Assembly: GCA_020697715.1 (NCBI GenBank) | Contig: JAEHCO010000001.1 | Location: 810,149 to 874,148 of the forward strand | Source of the DNA: Methanobacteriota archaeon | GTDB lineage: Archaea; Thermoplasmatota; Thermoplasmata; SG8-5; JAGLSY01 | Length of the DNA stretch: 64,000 nt | Direction of reading: 5' to 3' | Part shown: in pieces, positions 61,373-64,000 of the stretch | Layout of the letters: each line of letters begins with the position of its first letter | How positions within the stretch are numbered: the stretch's first letter is position 1 | Notes under the pieces: model-generated | What the model saw: only the letters and a program-made list of their open reading frames with translations | Told to the model about the DNA's origin: nothing | The model's database searches: none | Translations under genes and position numbers: made by a program

Positions 61373-62173
61373 TTGGAAGATGATATAAAGATCATAAATA
61401 GAAAAGAATTCGATATGGATGGCGCGGTACTGATCGAAGGGTTCCCAAGTGTTGGAATGGTCAGCACCATTGTTTCCAATTATCTGATCAAGATCCTCAA
61501 GCTGGAATATGTGGGTTCCATATCATCAAGACACTTCTATCCCACAGCTGTAGTGGTGAACTCCATACCTATGCCACCTATGAGGATATATGCTGGAAAA
61601 CCCATGTGTGATGATGGTAATATCTGTAGCAAGGTGGTTGTCGTGACATCCGAATTTCCTCCACCGACCGAATTGATGAAGCCCCTTGTTGACAATATTA
61701 TCGAATGGTCCGAAAAAGCGGGGATCAGACAGATCATATCCGTTGAGGGCATAGTGAACACAAAGGCCGATGCAGCGAATGGTGCATCGGAGGATGATGA
61801 AGGTGCTACCTATGGTATTGCCAGTTCAGAACCCTCCCGCGAGCTGATAAAGGATCTGGAAGCTCTCACACCACTTGAAAATGGTGTGATAACTGGAATT
61901 TCCGGCGTATTGCTCTATGAAGCAGAGAGGCTGGGAAGGGATGTCATATGTCTATTGGCTGATGCACATTCGGACTATCCAGATGCGCGAGCTGCGGCTA
62001 GACTGATAGTTTGCCTTGACAATTTCCTGCCAAAGGTCAAATTGGACCCACAACCACTCATTGATGAGGCCGAACTTCTTGAAGGCCAGCTTAAGAAAGC
62101 GGTCAAGCAAGCACAGCCTGCTATTCAGAAATCACCTGCACTATCAGAAATATCACAGCATATGTATGGCTGA
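61373..62173 (+). CDS. PAC2-family proteasome assembly chaperone
   Basis: EGFPSVGMVSTI, PPMRIY, GVITGISGVLL, YPDARAAA, C-terminal MYG (HbYX motif). Confidence 0.9.
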   Translation: MEDDIKIINRKEFDMDGAVLIEGFPSVGMVSTIVSNYLIKILKLEYVGSISSRHFYPTAVVVNSIPMPPMRIYAGKPMCDDGNICSKVVVVTSEFPPPTELMKPLVDNIIEWSEKAGIRQIISVEGIVNTKADAANGASEDDEGATYGIASSEPSRELIKDLEALTPLENGVITGISGVLLYEAERLGRDVICLLADAHSDYPDARAAARLIVCLDNFLPKVKLDPQPLIDEAELLEGQLKKAVKQAQPAIQKSPALSEISQHMYG

Positions 62174-62233
62174 ATTTATTCATACTCTTTCAAACCCATA
62201 TCATAATTATTTAAATAAGAAGTATGATGTACA

Positions 62234-64000
62234 TTGAGCGAGGTGCTGTTAACGTCTAATGATTTCCTTCCCGATGGTAAACTGATCCGAACTATCCACG
62301 GCGGAGAGGATACTCTCAAGAAAAGTCTTATAAAACTCAAGAAATATGAGTTCACTGGCTACGTTAAGAGCATGCTGAAGCGTGATGGGAAGATATCTGA
62401 AGGATATTTGATAATTAAAAATGGAGTTCCTGTAGCGGCAGTCTATGGTCGAAGAGATGGATCCGATCTGCAGATAACGAAGCAGGGTGAGAAAGCTCTT
62501 AAACTTGCCTGGGTGGATTCCTATGATGATAAATGTGAGATAGAGGTCAGAGGTAGATTGGAGGTAGATGCATTTCTCTCAGAACATCCCGAATCCTCCA
62601 TTACTGTTCTGAAACCCTCTGGAAAGAAAAGACCACGAGCCAAAGTGGGGATATCGTGGGGGGATTCAAATAATAAAGAACCAAATAAGACAGGTCCGAG
62701 CAAGGAATTGAAACCCCTTCAAAATAGGATCGAACTATGGAGATCTGAAGGATATGTCGTGAACAACCTTCAGGAGGCTCTTGAAGGTCCAATTGAAAAT
62801 GCGAAGCACATGTTCGACGAATTCAGTGAGAATATCAAGAAGATAGATTTTTTCAAGGACGATCTGGAAAGCATGGATACCATCGGTCATGGGACCGAGG
62901 TGGAAAAGCTCAAGGCTCTTTTCAAGAATCCGATGAAGATAACCGCCATAGAAGCCGCTATGGAAGATCTGAGCGACAAGATACATATATTGGATGACCC
63001 AGAGGAATCTGAAGATATAGGAACTGGACATGATTTCAATCTGGAAATAGAGCCAATAGTTGCTGAAAAGCCACCAACTACTGAACCGATCATCGAGAAG
63101 CCAGTTCAGAAGTCAAAACCTGTATTCAGTTCAGTTCCCGAACTAGATCCCATTGTCATGAACAAGGAAGAAACTATCAAAGAGCCTATTGAGGATCTTT
63201 GTGGGATATGTGGCGGTGGTATGGGCGGTCTTGATGAATGTCCAATATGCGGTGCTATCAGGAACACGAAAACAGACAAAGGAAAGCTTGATGATATTCT
63301 CAAGACGAAGGATACTGGACTCATTCCCACATTCACCTTCGAGAATTTTGTTGTCGGGGACAATAACAGATTCTCGCAAGCGGCTTCCTTGGCTGTTGCC
63401 AAAGCCGAATCATCTGTTTACAATCCATTATTGATCTGCAGTGGAGTTGGTCTTGGTAAGACACATATGATCAATGCCATAGGAAATTATGTGGTAAATG
63501 GTGATGAGGGTAGGAAGGTCCTTTATATCACCACCGAGAAGTTCATGCAGGAATTCATAGAAGCTACCAGATCCAATAAGCTGAAGGCTTTCAGAAGCCG
63601 ATATAGAAAGATAGACATTCTTCTTTTAGATGATATCCAGTTCATCGCCGATCAGGAAGCTGTTCAGGATGAATTGTTCCATACTTTCAATGCTCTTTAT
63701 AAGGATAATAAACAGATAGTCATGTCCAGTGATTGTCCATTAAAAGATATATCTGGCTTGAAGGATAGACTTGTCTCTCGTTTCGAATCAGGCCTGGTTA
63801 CAGATATACAGGCTCCGGATCTTGAGACCCGAGTGAGCATATTGAGGAAGAAGGCCGAGATAGCGGGCTTTGTTGTTGGAGATGATGTATTGAATTTCAT
63901 TTCCCGGATATATACCAGCAATGTCCGGCTTTTGGAAGGTGCATTGAATAAGATCATCGCATATTGTGAATTGATGAACACAAGCCCAACAATATCCCTT
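62234..64000 (+). CDS. DUF2226-like + Zn ribbon + bacterial-type DnaA AAA+ domain protein (3' partial, not in the ORF track)
   Basis: Open from TTG 62234 / GTG 62243: LPDGKL...FTGYV...EGYLIIKNG; CGIC/CPIC; FTFENFVVGDNN, YNPL, GVGLGKTH, LLDDIQF, FHTFN, SRFESG, NVRLLEGAL. Confidence 0.9.
   Translation, partial: MSEVLLTSNDFLPDGKLIRTIHGGEDTLKKSLIKLKKYEFTGYVKSMLKRDGKISEGYLIIKNGVPVAAVYGRRDGSDLQITKQGEKALKLAWVDSYDDKCEIEVRGRLEVDAFLSEHPESSITVLKPSGKKRPRAKVGISWGDSNNKEPNKTGPSKELKPLQNRIELWRSEGYVVNNLQEALEGPIENAKHMFDEFSENIKKIDFFKDDLESMDTIGHGTEVEKLKALFKNPMKITAIEAAMEDLSDKIHILDDPEESEDIGTGHDFNLEIEPIVAEKPPTTEPIIEKPVQKSKPVFSSVPELDPIVMNKEETIKEPIEDLCGICGGGMGGLDECPICGAIRNTKTDKGKLDDILKTKDTGLIPTFTFENFVVGDNNRFSQAASLAVAKAESSVYNPLLICSGVGLGKTHMINAIGNYVVNGDEGRKVLYITTEKFMQEFIEATRSNKLKAFRSRYRKIDILLLDDIQFIADQEAVQDELFHTFNALYKDNKQIVMSSDCPLKDISGLKDRLVSRFESGLVTDIQAPDLETRVSILRKKAEIAGFVVGDDVLNFISRIYTSNVRLLEGALNKIIAYCELMNTSPTISL

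Overview
Archaeal chromosomal window, most consistent with a Thermoplasmata-type lineage (LonB, RadB, Tsr3, Trm112, MptA, PAC2, archaeal isoprenoid genes, bacterial-type gyrBA, split transketolase plus transaldolase, several large secreted surface proteins). I see no CRISPR array, cas1/cas2, transposase or integrase. Highlights: (1) a tightly coupled operon of soluble MtrA-like corrinoid protein, MtrH-like methyltransferase, MesA-like core methionine synthase and DUF4346, next to metG, which reads as a split, Mtr-derived methionine synthase. (2) A bacterial-type DnaA AAA+ domain fused behind a DUF2226-like domain and a Zn ribbon; it is missing from the ORF track and runs off the end. (3) An Aeropyrum-type mevalonate operon with an LpdD-like prFMN-chaperone candidate embedded in it. 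(4) A solo Cas4-like nuclease interrupted by four TM helices. (5) A NapH-like polyferredoxin fused to two extracellular CxxC thioredoxin folds within a redox/surface cluster. Non-coding signals found by eye: tRNA-His, a box C/D sRNA, two or three structurally paralogous sRNA candidates, a 29-bp Z-DNA-prone tract in the gyrB promoter, a duplication of the tal 3' end, and repeated palindromic elements. All family calls come from motif recognition, not from database searches.
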